Below, one piece after another: positions 49,307 to 57,998 of a DNA stretch of 64,000 bases. The number at the start of each line of letters is the position of its first letter. The first letter of the stretch is position 1. This stretch comes from Candidatus Buchananbacteria bacterium (GTDB taxonomy: Bacteria; Patescibacteriota; Patescibacteriia; Buchananbacterales; UBA6539). Where the stretch lies: the NCBI GenBank assembly GCA_013359225.1, contig JABWCG010000001.1:276441-340440 (forward strand). Direction: 5' to 3'. Under the pieces are notes generated by a model, which searched no databases, had not been told where the DNA came from, and saw only the letters and a program-made list of their open reading frames with translations. Made by a program: the position numbers and the translations under genes.

Positions 49307-50032
49307 ATGGAAATCCTAAATTATATTTGGGAATTCTATCTCTATATACCGCTATTCAACTTCTTAGTCTGGCTATACCTGACCTATTCTTGGTTTAATC
49401 TTGGTATTTCAGTCATTATTCTTACCATCCTTCTTCGGTTTGCCCTTTTGCCATTTAGCATCTTGACCGAGAAGGGGAAACTAGTCAGCATGAACTTGGG
49501 CAAGGAAGTAGCCGAGATCAAAAAAGATTTTGCCAATGACCCGGTTAAACAAAAGCAGATGATCAGGAATCTGTTAAAGAAGAAAAAGATTCGGCCGTGG
49601 GCCAAAGCCATTGTTTTAGGAGTGCAAGGTCTTGTCTTGCTCTTGCTGTATCAGGTTTTTTTGGGCGGTATTAATACCGAAGCCAAACTGCATCTTTTAT
49701 ACCCCGACATTCCGCGACCGGATTTTATCAACACCAAATTTTTATGGTTTGATATCGCTCAGCAGGACTTAGTTGCTTCAGCGCTAGTTGCTGGCTACAT
49801 TTTTGCTCAAAGCCTGATTGGCGCCTATAACCGCAAAGGTAAGCTGTCAAAAAAAGAGCAAATCTTTCTGATTTTTTTCCCGGCATTTATCTTTTTAATT
49901 CTGGCGGTGCTGCCGTCGGTTAAATCAATTTTCGTTTTGACATCATTCATTTTTTCCTCTATAATATCAATGTTTACGGCTATTATTAAAATAATGATAA
50001 CGCAGGCTAAGAAAAAGCCTCAAAGCTCATAA
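49307..50032 (+). CDS. yidC: YidC/Oxa1-family membrane protein insertase (short form).
   Basis: ...LLRFALLPFSILTEKGKLVSMNLGKEVAEIKKDFANDPVKQKQMIRNLLKKKKIRPW... matches the YidC C1 region/TM2-3 pattern; 5 TM. Confidence 0.75.
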   Translation: MEILNYIWEFYLYIPLFNFLVWLYLTYSWFNLGISVIILTILLRFALLPFSILTEKGKLVSMNLGKEVAEIKKDFANDPVKQKQMIRNLLKKKKIRPWAKAIVLGVQGLVLLLLYQVFLGGINTEAKLHLLYPDIPRPDFINTKFLWFDIAQQDLVASALVAGYIFAQSLIGAYNRKGKLSKKEQIFLIFFPAFIFLILAVLPSVKSIFVLTSFIFSSIISMFTAIIKIMITQAKKKPQSS

Positions 50033-50038
50033 AACCAT

Positions 50039-50599
50039 ATGTCTGACGAAGGTTTGGATAAGCTAATGTACTCATTTGTTGTCGAAGACGTCCTGAAAGG
50101 ATTTTTTATTCACGTCCCACCAGGATATGTCGCGGCAGTATACGATTTGGGCCGGGGGGTCTTGAAAAAAATCTATAAACCGGGCCTCCATCTCAAAATC
50201 CCGTTTTGGCAAAAAGCCAAACTGTTTAATACCCAGACGCTTGAGTACGATATCAATAAAAAATTTGATGCTGATAAACCGGAGCTGCTCGGCGACCTGC
50301 CGATAACTGCCACCAGCAAAGACGGCAAAAAAATTTCAATTGAAGGCACAATTCTGATGCGGCTTGATCCGGAACAAATCCCGGAAATTTGGCAGGGGAT
50401 TGGCGAAAAATTTGTTGAAAAAATTATTCGTCCGACTATTCAAAGCCGAATGAGAATGATCGCCGCCAAATACGACCTCCACGAGATTTCCACCAGTAAG
50501 CGCGGCGATGTCGAAGTTGATTCCCGCCAAGAGCTTGAACGGATTTTATACCCGCGCGGAATCTTTGTTGAAAATGTTTTACTTAAAGAAGTCTATTAA
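50039..50599 (+). CDS. SPFH/band-7 domain protein (short).
   Basis: ...PPGYVAAVYDLGRGVLKKIYKPGLHLKIPFWQKAKLFNTQTLEYD... SPFH core pattern. Confidence 0.6.
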   Translation: MSDEGLDKLMYSFVVEDVLKGFFIHVPPGYVAAVYDLGRGVLKKIYKPGLHLKIPFWQKAKLFNTQTLEYDINKKFDADKPELLGDLPITATSKDGKKISIEGTILMRLDPEQIPEIWQGIGEKFVEKIIRPTIQSRMRMIAAKYDLHEISTSKRGDVEVDSRQELERILYPRGIFVENVLLKEVY

Positions 50600-50612
50600 C
50601 ACTAACAGTTTC

Positions 50613-50643
50613 AAAAACCCCGGGCTCCAAGCCCGGGGTTTTA
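50613..50643 (+). terminator. Rho-independent terminator.
   Basis: aaaaaccccgggctccaagcccggggtttta. Confidence 0.8.
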
Positions 50644-50661
50644 TCTTAAACTTAAATAAAT

Positions 50662-51276
50662 ATGAAAGAGTTAATTATTGCATCTAATAATCCGGGCAAG
50701 ATTGAAGAAATCAACAATGTTTTAAAAGGCTTGAATATTACCATTAAAACTGTTCGAGAAGCCGGCCTCACTGAAGAAGCGCTGGAAGACGGGACCACTC
50801 TTGAAGAAAATGCTCTTAAGAAAGCTCATTTCGTCGCGAAACGCCTGGGCACATGGGCGGCCGCTGACGATACTGGCCTTTGTATTGAAGCTTTGAATGG
50901 CGCACCCGGTGTTTATAGCGCTCGTTGGGCGGGTGAAGGTGCTGACGAAAAAACGATGATTGATTTTGCTTTAAATAAACTAGCCGACGTACCAGCCGGT
51001 AAGCGCCAAGCATATTTTGAAACAGTAGTTGCCCTAGTAAGCCCAACGGGGGAGCACTGGCTGTTCTCGGGTAAATTACCTGGACAGATTGCTTTTGAAG
51101 CAAAAGGTAAACTGCGGCCAAAACTACCCTATAGCATGATTTTTATTCCCGATGGATTCACTAAGACTTTTTCTGAAATGACTGATGAAGAAAAAAATTC
51201 TGTCAGCCACCGCAGTATCGCTTTTAGAAAACTCAAAGAATTCCTCAAAGAAAAAAGCCACGAGGGTGTGGCTTAA
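50662..51276 (+). CDS. rdgB: Non-canonical purine NTP pyrophosphatase (RdgB/Ham1/ITPase).
   Basis: ASNNPGK(I/L)EE, ...ADDTGLCIEALNGAPGVYSARWAG and FDP motifs of the Ham1 family. Confidence 0.85.
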   Translation: MKELIIASNNPGKIEEINNVLKGLNITIKTVREAGLTEEALEDGTTLEENALKKAHFVAKRLGTWAAADDTGLCIEALNGAPGVYSARWAGEGADEKTMIDFALNKLADVPAGKRQAYFETVVALVSPTGEHWLFSGKLPGQIAFEAKGKLRPKLPYSMIFIPDGFTKTFSEMTDEEKNSVSHRSIAFRKLKEFLKEKSHEGVA

Positions 51277-51283
51277 GGTAACA

Positions 51284-52297
51284 CTAGCTATAAAGAACTT
51301 CGGCGATCTCCACTGCCGTTAGCGCCGCACCACGCAACAACTGGTCGCCGCAAACCCACAGCAGAATGTCGCCATTCGGAGTCACTCGAATCCGGCCGCA
51401 TCCAACTTCTTCTCGTCCCTCCATGTTTAATGGCATGGGGTAGATGTGCGAAGCCACATCGTCCAAGACAACAACACCGAAACTTTCGCTCAGCAGTTGG
51501 CGTACTTCTCCAACAGAAGGGCTGGCGTCGACTTGAACGGTCAGCACTTCGCTGTGGCACCGGCGAACCGGAACGCGGATGCAGGTTGCGTAAAACGGCA
51601 CAGTGTCCTTGAACAGGATTTTACGGCTCTCCCAAGCGGTTTTCATTTCCTCTTTGGTGAAACCGTCCCATTCAGCTTGAGCAACGTCAATGCGTGCCAA
51701 GAGATTGCCGGCCAAAGGATACGGCGTGGAACCGGTGGAACCGCTAGACGGCGGCAGACCGTTTTGAGCCCAGTAAGAGGTCTGGGCATCAAGATCGTCA
51801 AGCGCTTGCTTGCCCGCACCCGAGGCCGCCTGATATGACGCGAGGTCAACTCGCTGAATCGACCACGCGTGGTGAATCGGCGCCAAGGGCATCAAGGCAA
51901 TTGACGTCGTACAGTTTGGGCATGCGATAAGACGCTTGCCGATCATGTCCCTCTTGTTGATTGAGGGAATAACCAACGGCACGTTGTCATCATACCGGAA
52001 AGCCGAACTAAGATCGATTATGACCGAACAGTTGTTGGCTCCCAAGATTTGAGGAATCCACTCGCGGCTGACACCAGCGCCAGCAGCCATAAACACCAGT
52101 TCCGCGTCGCGGAACAAATCAAGTTCCAGACCGGTGATAACTGTGTCACCAACCGGCGTCTTGATTGTTTCGCCAACCGAGCTGCGGCCGGCGACAACCA
52201 GGTTAAGCGGCTTAATTTCATGCCGCCCCATGGTTTCCAACAATACTCGGCCGACCATTCCTGATCCGCCAACCACGACTGTTTTTCCGATTTGCAT
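51284..52297 (-). CDS. asd: Aspartate-semialdehyde dehydrogenase.
   Basis: N-terminal Rossmann VVVGGSGMVGRVLLE, active-site CPNCTTSIALMPLAPIHH, C-terminal dimerisation domain. The ATG at 52297 was chosen (AGGGAG SD 10 nt upstream). GC clearly higher than flanking genes. Confidence 0.85.
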   Translation of the reverse strand: MQIGKTVVVGGSGMVGRVLLETMGRHEIKPLNLVVAGRSSVGETIKTPVGDTVITGLELDLFRDAELVFMAAGAGVSREWIPQILGANNCSVIIDLSSAFRYDDNVPLVIPSINKRDMIGKRLIACPNCTTSIALMPLAPIHHAWSIQRVDLASYQAASGAGKQALDDLDAQTSYWAQNGLPPSSGSTGSTPYPLAGNLLARIDVAQAEWDGFTKEEMKTAWESRKILFKDTVPFYATCIRVPVRRCHSEVLTVQVDASPSVGEVRQLLSESFGVVVLDDVASHIYPMPLNMEGREEVGCGRIRVTPNGDILLWVCGDQLLRGAALTAVEIAEVLYS

Positions 52298-52606
52298 AAT
52301 GATCATGCTCCCTAGGGTTGCAAAAAAGGACAAACAAATAGTAGGATTATCTTAATAAAAATCGGCCCTTTTTGTCAATTAAGTAAAACCGAATACATTT
52401 TGTATTCACTTATTTTTTTATTCAATCTAAGTTATCCACCGTTTTTTTAACTATACTTTTTAGGAGGTAATTTCCGAAAACCTTGTCAAGTTTTTTTGTG
52501 AAAAAACTGTGTATTATTTAGTACTAGATAAAACCAACAAAAACCAGCCGGGAAGCACTTGTCAATTTAATTTCCATTTGCTAAACTATTCTTACTTATC
52601 ACTTAT

Positions 52607-54283
52607 ATGGTTAGTCAAAAAAATAAAAATCGGCTTATCGCTCTAGCTATTCTCATTATGGCAGTCACAGCCATCTTTTTAGATTTCCCTGGAACATTTA
52701 AAAAGATTGGTATTCCACTGCCTGGTTTTTTAGATGTTCCATTCCGACTTGGACTTGATCTGCAGGGTGGCACTCACTTGATTTACCAAGCAGACGTTTC
52801 AAATTTACCGGAATCAGAGCGGGCAAGCGCCGTTGAAGGAGTACGCGACGTTATTGAACGCCGAGTCAATGCTTTTGGTGTTGCCGAACCAAGTATTCAA
52901 ACTACCAAAGCCGGCGATACTTGGCGAGTCATTGTAGACTTGGCCGGAGTTACCGATGTTAACCAGGCTATCAGCATGATTGGCGAAACCCCATTATTAG
53001 AATTTAAAGAAGCAAATCCAAATCCAACTATTACCTTAACACCCGAACAGCAACAGCAGCTTGATACGTTCAATCAGGAAGCAAAAACCAAGGCTGAGGG
53101 GTTGTTAGCCAAAGTCCTTGAACCGGGAGCTGATTTTGCAGAAATTGCCAAAACCAACAGCGAAGATCCGGGCAGTGCATCAAACGGTGGAGACCTGGGC
53201 TTTGTTCCTCGTGGCTTGTTCGTGCCTGAATTTGAATCAGTTTGTTTTGACAAACTCAAAGTTGGCGAAACATCGAAAGAATTGGTAAAAAGTCCTTTCG
53301 GTTACCACATCATCAGAAAAGAGGGGGAAAACGGTGCGGGTGAAGATTATACCGCCAACTGCCGCCACATTATGATTACGACCCGAACCGAAAAAGACTT
53401 TGCTGCTGGTGACGATGAGTGGCTCTACACCGGCCTCACCGGAACTCAGCTTAAACGAGCCAGCGTTGAATTTGATCCAAATACCCAGATCCCTCAGGTG
53501 TTGCTTGAATTCAACGATGAGGGTAAAAACCTTTTTGCCGAAATCACCAAAAAGAATATCGGCAAGCCGGTTGCTATTTTCTTAGACGGTGAAGCAATCA
53601 GCGTTCCGACTGTTCAAAATGCCATTACCGACGGCCGAGCTGTTATTAGCGGCAATTTTAAAATCAACGAGGCAAAATTATTGGCTCAGCGCCTTAACGC
53701 CGGCGCGTTACCGGTACCAATTCAGCTTATTTCTCAGCAAACCATCGGCGCTTCTTTAGGAAACCAGTCTGTCCAAAAAAGCCTTAACGCCGGAATCATT
53801 GGTTTGATTGCTGTTGCTTTATTCATGATTGTTTATTATCGGTTGCCGGGTATAACTGCAGTTTTAAGCTTACTGTTTTATGCAGTAATCATCTTGGCAG
53901 TTTTCAAATTAGTGCCTGTCACTTTAACGCTGTCAGGAATTGCCGGATTTATTCTCTCGCTTGGCATGGCAGTGGACGCAAACATTTTGACGTTTGAGCG
54001 ACTACGCGAAGAACTTAAAGATAAAAAAATCTTACCGATTGCCATTGATGAAGGCTTTAAACGATCATGGCCGTCCATTTTTGACGGTAACACATCAACG
54101 CTAATTACTTGTTTTATCCTAATTGCATTTACCACCAGCGTCGTCAAGGGTTTTGCCATCACTTTAGCTATCGGAATTGCCATCAATCTTTTTTCGGCAA
54201 CAGTAGTTACTAAACTGATCTTAAAATCAGTTGCCCGCCTAAAGCCGTTTGGCTCACTGTGGCTGTATGGCGTCAAGAAATAA
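52607..54283 (+). CDS. secD: Protein translocase subunit SecD carrying an inserted parvulin (PpiC) PPIase domain in its periplasmic head.
   Basis: SecD N-terminal TM plus P1 motifs (LGLDLQGGTHLIYQA) and a C-terminal 5-TM SSD-like domain. Internal block ADFAEIAKTNSEDPGSASNGGDLGFVPRGLFVPEFESVCFDKLKVGETSKELVKSPFGYHIIRK is a parvulin rotamase signature. Confidence 0.85.
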   Translation: MVSQKNKNRLIALAILIMAVTAIFLDFPGTFKKIGIPLPGFLDVPFRLGLDLQGGTHLIYQADVSNLPESERASAVEGVRDVIERRVNAFGVAEPSIQTTKAGDTWRVIVDLAGVTDVNQAISMIGETPLLEFKEANPNPTITLTPEQQQQLDTFNQEAKTKAEGLLAKVLEPGADFAEIAKTNSEDPGSASNGGDLGFVPRGLFVPEFESVCFDKLKVGETSKELVKSPFGYHIIRKEGENGAGEDYTANCRHIMITTRTEKDFAAGDDEWLYTGLTGTQLKRASVEFDPNTQIPQVLLEFNDEGKNLFAEITKKNIGKPVAIFLDGEAISVPTVQNAITDGRAVISGNFKINEAKLLAQRLNAGALPVPIQLISQQTIGASLGNQSVQKSLNAGIIGLIAVALFMIVYYRLPGITAVLSLLFYAVIILAVFKLVPVTLTLSGIAGFILSLGMAVDANILTFERLREELKDKKILPIAIDEGFKRSWPSIFDGNTSTLITCFILIAFTTSVVKGFAITLAIGIAINLFSATVVTKLILKSVARLKPFGSLWLYGVKK

Positions 54284-54287
54284 TTTT

Positions 54288-55232
54288 ATGATTATCAAAT
54301 ATCGAAAAATCTGGTTTTTCCTCTCTGGCACGGCGGTACTTGCCAGCATTCTTGCCTTTGCCATCGTCGGCTTAAAGTGGGGAATTGACTTTACTGGCGG
54401 CAGCTTAGTTGAAGTAGAATTTTCCGTTACCCGCCCATCAAACGACGCAGTCAACCAAGTCCTGACATCTGTAGGTATTGATAATGCCACCATCCAGCCG
54501 GTTGAAGACACCAAAATGGTTATGCGATTTAAAGAAATCGATGAAGCCACCCACCAAAAATTGCTGACGGCCCTAGAAGATAAATTCAAACCTGAATTAA
54601 ATCTTGAAGGTGCTGCCGAGGCGGGGATTGTGGTTGATACTAAAAATGCCGTTCAGGAAACTAGATTTGATTCTATCGGACCAAGTCTCGGACAAGAACT
54701 TAAAGAAAAAACCGTTTGGGCGATTATTATTGCGCTTATTGCCATCATCAGTTACGTTGCCTGGGCTTTCCGTAAAGTCTCAAAGCCGATTGCTTCCTGG
54801 AAATATGGCCTCATCGCCATCCTTGCCTTGTTTCACGATATTATTATTACCATCGGCGTTTTCACTTTATTGGGAAAATTCTACGGCCTAGAAGTCAACG
54901 CGCCGTTTGTCGCCGCCTTACTTACCATTCTTGGTTATTCAGTTAACGACACCATTGTGGTGTTTGACCGAACCAGAGAAAACTTAGTCAGACGCATTGG
55001 CGAAAATTTTGCCCAAATTGTTCAGGAAAGCCTTAACGAAGTCATTGTCCGATCAATCAACGCCTCCTTTACCGTGTTGATAGTATTATTCGCCATTTTG
55101 TTAATTGGTGGCTCAACACTGCGAGATTTCACCCTAGCCTTGATTATTGGCGTAGCCGTTGGATCATATTCTTCAATTTTCTTAGCCAGCCCGTTACTGG
55201 TAGTCTGGGAAAAATGGATGTCCAAAAAGTAA
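54288..55232 (+). CDS. secF: Protein translocase subunit SecF.
   Basis: SecF motifs GIDFTGG, ...TILGYSVNDTIVVFDRTRE, 6 TM. The ATG at 54288 was preferred over the overlapping 54249 start. Confidence 0.9.
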   Translation: MIIKYRKIWFFLSGTAVLASILAFAIVGLKWGIDFTGGSLVEVEFSVTRPSNDAVNQVLTSVGIDNATIQPVEDTKMVMRFKEIDEATHQKLLTALEDKFKPELNLEGAAEAGIVVDTKNAVQETRFDSIGPSLGQELKEKTVWAIIIALIAIISYVAWAFRKVSKPIASWKYGLIAILALFHDIIITIGVFTLLGKFYGLEVNAPFVAALLTILGYSVNDTIVVFDRTRENLVRRIGENFAQIVQESLNEVIVRSINASFTVLIVLFAILLIGGSTLRDFTLALIIGVAVGSYSSIFLASPLLVVWEKWMSKK

Positions 55233-55254
55233 ACTGTTAATTTTGTAGTATTAT

Positions 55255-55282
55255 AAAAAATCCGGGCAAATCCCGGATTTTT
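55255..55282 (+). terminator. Rho-independent terminator after secF.
   Basis: aaaaaatccgggcaaatcccggattttt. Confidence 0.8.
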
Positions 55283-55326
55283 AAATAACTAAAATTAAAA
55301 TAGAAAAATAATTTATCAGTCAAGAC

Positions 55327-55354
55327 TTGACGATATTTATGTTTTATGATATAC
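55327..55354 (+). promoter_or_regulatory. Sigma70-like promoter: -35 TTGACG, 16-nt spacer, extended -10 TGaTATACT.
   Basis: TTGACG at 55327-55332; TG at 55346-55347; TATACT at 55349-55354; about 100 nt upstream of the 55455 CDS. Confidence 0.45.
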
Positions 55355-55454
55355 TAAAAACAATTTAAAAAAAGTGATTTATTACATTAACTGATAAACC
55401 AATAATTTTAGCTTAATTTAGCAAAATTTAAAACAGATTTCACTAACTAACCCT

Positions 55455-56603
55455 ATGACAGGTCAAAACTCAATTCTAGATAAAATCATCGAAAGTCAGG
55501 AAAAACAGCAAGCCGCTTCATTTAATTTAAGCGAATTGGTAAACAGCCTACTTAAGAACTTATCAAGCAAAGAAAGCGACATTTTAAGCCGCCGTTTTGG
55601 CTTAATGGGGCGAGAAAAAGAAACTTTAGAGCAAATTGGAAAATATTACAACATTACTCGGGAACGAATTCGTCAAATTGAGACTGCTACTATTAAAAAA
55701 TTAGCTGAACTAAAAGAACTAAAGGGGGAAGTAGACAGCGCCTCACAGTATGTTACTCATCTATTAGAAAATCATGGCGGTGTTATGGAAGAAAAATTCC
55801 TGCTTGATAAAATCAGCCAGTCAGCTGCCGACGAACAGCACCAGCGCTCAAGCCAGTTTATCTTAAATCATTTATTGCGGGATAAAATTGAAGGTGTCAA
55901 GCCAGACGCTGATGTTTTGCCGGGCTATAAGCTCCCGGTTGTTTCTTTGGATGTTGTTAAGGCCGCCATTAAAGAGCTGGTAGAAATGATTGATCAGCAA
56001 AAAAAGCTTCTTACTAGCGAAGAAATTTTAGACAGTTTCCGCAACTCCAACTTTTATTTGTCAAACAAAGACCAAATTACCGCCCTTAAACTTGGCACTC
56101 TTGAAGAAAATGAGGATATCGACAACATTATTCACTCGTTCTTGAGAATTGCCAAACGAGTTGACCAAAATATTTTGGGCGAGTGGGGATTGAACAACTG
56201 GAATACCGTCAAACCAAAGCGCATGAGCGACAAGGTGTATCTTGTTTTGAAGAAGCACGGTAAACCGCTCCATTTCACTGACATTACCAACCTGATTAAC
56301 CAGGAAAAATTTGACAAAAAAATTGCATACCCAGCCACTATTCACAATGAATTAATCCTGGACGACCGTTATGTTCTAGTCGGCCGCGGTATTTATGCAC
56401 TACAAGAATGGGGCTACAAACCGGGCACCGTTATTGATACGATTATTGAAATTTTGACCAAAGCCGGTAAACCAATGACCAAAGAAGAAATCGTCAAAGC
56501 CGTCTTAGACCAAAGAATGGTTCGAAAAAGCACCATCTATCTTGCTTTAACCAATAAAGACAAGATCAAAAAACTCCCTGATGGTCGCTATACCATCAAC
56601 TAA
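55455..56603 (+). CDS. Sigma-70 region-4 domain protein with C-terminal HARE-HTH-like (RNAP delta-subunit-like) winged-helix domains.
   Basis: LSSKESDILSRRFGLMGREKETLEQIGKYYNITRERIRQIETATIKKL matches the sigma70_r4 HTH. C-terminus (VYLVLKKHGKPLHFTDITNLI...YVLVGRGIYAL; IIEILTKAGKPMTKEEIVKAV...) resembles HARE-HTH. Confidence 0.6.
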   Translation: MTGQNSILDKIIESQEKQQAASFNLSELVNSLLKNLSSKESDILSRRFGLMGREKETLEQIGKYYNITRERIRQIETATIKKLAELKELKGEVDSASQYVTHLLENHGGVMEEKFLLDKISQSAADEQHQRSSQFILNHLLRDKIEGVKPDADVLPGYKLPVVSLDVVKAAIKELVEMIDQQKKLLTSEEILDSFRNSNFYLSNKDQITALKLGTLEENEDIDNIIHSFLRIAKRVDQNILGEWGLNNWNTVKPKRMSDKVYLVLKKHGKPLHFTDITNLINQEKFDKKIAYPATIHNELILDDRYVLVGRGIYALQEWGYKPGTVIDTIIEILTKAGKPMTKEEIVKAVLDQRMVRKSTIYLALTNKDKIKKLPDGRYTIN

Positions 56604-56646
56604 ATTTCTGGTAAAATAAAACCAAAAGAAAAAAATAATTAAGTTT

Positions 56647-57993
56647 ATGGAAATTGACTTAACTGGGGTTCCAATTAATAACCCAATTGCTTTTGCCTGG
56701 TGGTTTTTTAGGGCTGTTGGTTGGATATACCCGGTTTTTTTGTTTTGTTATGGTTTAATTTTGGCCTACCAAAATTGGCTTCGCAATAACTACCGCAAAC
56801 AACGAAAATACATTCTGCTGGCAATTGACATCCCAAAAAATAATGAACAAACACCCCGGGCGGTTGAAAACATTTTTTCCCACTTGTCTGGAGCTCATCA
56901 GCCTTTAAAATGGTACCAGAACTGGTGGACTGGCGAAATCAAAGACAGCTTTAGTTTTGAAATTGTCAGTATCGGCGGCTATATTCAATTTATCGTTCAC
57001 TTAGTCGACAAATACCGCGATTTAGTGGAAGCGGTAATTTATGCCCAATACCCCGACGCTGAAATCACCGAGATTGAAGATTACACCAAACATTGGAACA
57101 TTAAATTCCCTAATGACAAATATAATCTCCTTGGTTCTGAAATTGTCTTAGCAAAAAATCAATATTACCCGATTATTACTTACAAAGAGTTTGAGGATTC
57201 GGTCGCCGGTGACATTAAAGACCCGATGGCTTCAATCCTTGAGGCCATGACCAGGATCGGACCTGGTGAAGAAATGTGGCTGCAGTACGTAATTACGCCA
57301 GCCGATAATGACTGGGGCGAAGGCGCTAATTCCTTAATGGAAAAATTAAAAGGCGCCAAGGTTGAACACAAAAAAACCATTCTTGATTATCTTTTTGATA
57401 TTCCCAATTTTATTTTGGAAGGACTTAACCCCGCTCCAGCAAGTGATTCCGGCGGCGCGGCGGCTCCGCCAAACCAGATAATCTATCTAACCCAGGGAGA
57501 AAAAGATACTATCGGCGCCATTGAACACAAAACCGGTAAAATCGGTTTTCATGCCCGGATCAGATTTATTTATATCGCCGAAAAAAGGCTTTACACGCCA
57601 GCTCGCGGTTCAAGCGGGCTGTATGGAGCATTTAAACAATTCAACGATCTTGGCTTAAATTCGCTCAAACCGGATGCTAAAACCTACACCGGCGGTATTG
57701 TTTTTTTCAAACAGCGTCGCTTAATCAGCCGACGTAACCGTATTTTGTATCGCTATAAAAGCCGCGGTCACTGGCTAAGCCCCGGGGACTACGGTAAAAT
57801 TCTTAATACTGAAGAATTAGCCAGCTTATGGCACTTCCCATTGTTAACCGTCAAAGCACCGTTAGTTAAGAAAACCGAAGCCAAGCGATCCGAAGCGCCA
57901 ATTGGGTTGCCGGTTGAAACACGCATCCCACACGTGCGTCCTGATGACCCAAGTCTTAAATCTGAACCACCCAGGAATCTTCCAACTGCTTAA
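56647..57993 (+). CDS. Hypothetical membrane-anchored protein (448 aa; one or two N-terminal TM helices plus a large soluble domain), partner of the downstream ATPase.
   Basis: Hydrophobic N-terminus (PIAFAWWFFRAVGWIYPVFLFCYGLILAY); no recognised motif; 5-nt gap to the next gene. Confidence 0.55.
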   Translation: MEIDLTGVPINNPIAFAWWFFRAVGWIYPVFLFCYGLILAYQNWLRNNYRKQRKYILLAIDIPKNNEQTPRAVENIFSHLSGAHQPLKWYQNWWTGEIKDSFSFEIVSIGGYIQFIVHLVDKYRDLVEAVIYAQYPDAEITEIEDYTKHWNIKFPNDKYNLLGSEIVLAKNQYYPIITYKEFEDSVAGDIKDPMASILEAMTRIGPGEEMWLQYVITPADNDWGEGANSLMEKLKGAKVEHKKTILDYLFDIPNFILEGLNPAPASDSGGAAAPPNQIIYLTQGEKDTIGAIEHKTGKIGFHARIRFIYIAEKRLYTPARGSSGLYGAFKQFNDLGLNSLKPDAKTYTGGIVFFKQRRLISRRNRILYRYKSRGHWLSPGDYGKILNTEELASLWHFPLLTVKAPLVKKTEAKRSEAPIGLPVETRIPHVRPDDPSLKSEPPRNLPTA

Positions 57994-57998
57994 CCAAT

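Noticed and set aside
51288-51849. Several 60-130-aa ORFs on both strands (51288-51560, 51430-51612, 51446-51838, 51643-51849 and others).
   Set aside because: They are by-products of the high GC content of asd; the Asd reading frame has clear conserved motifs.
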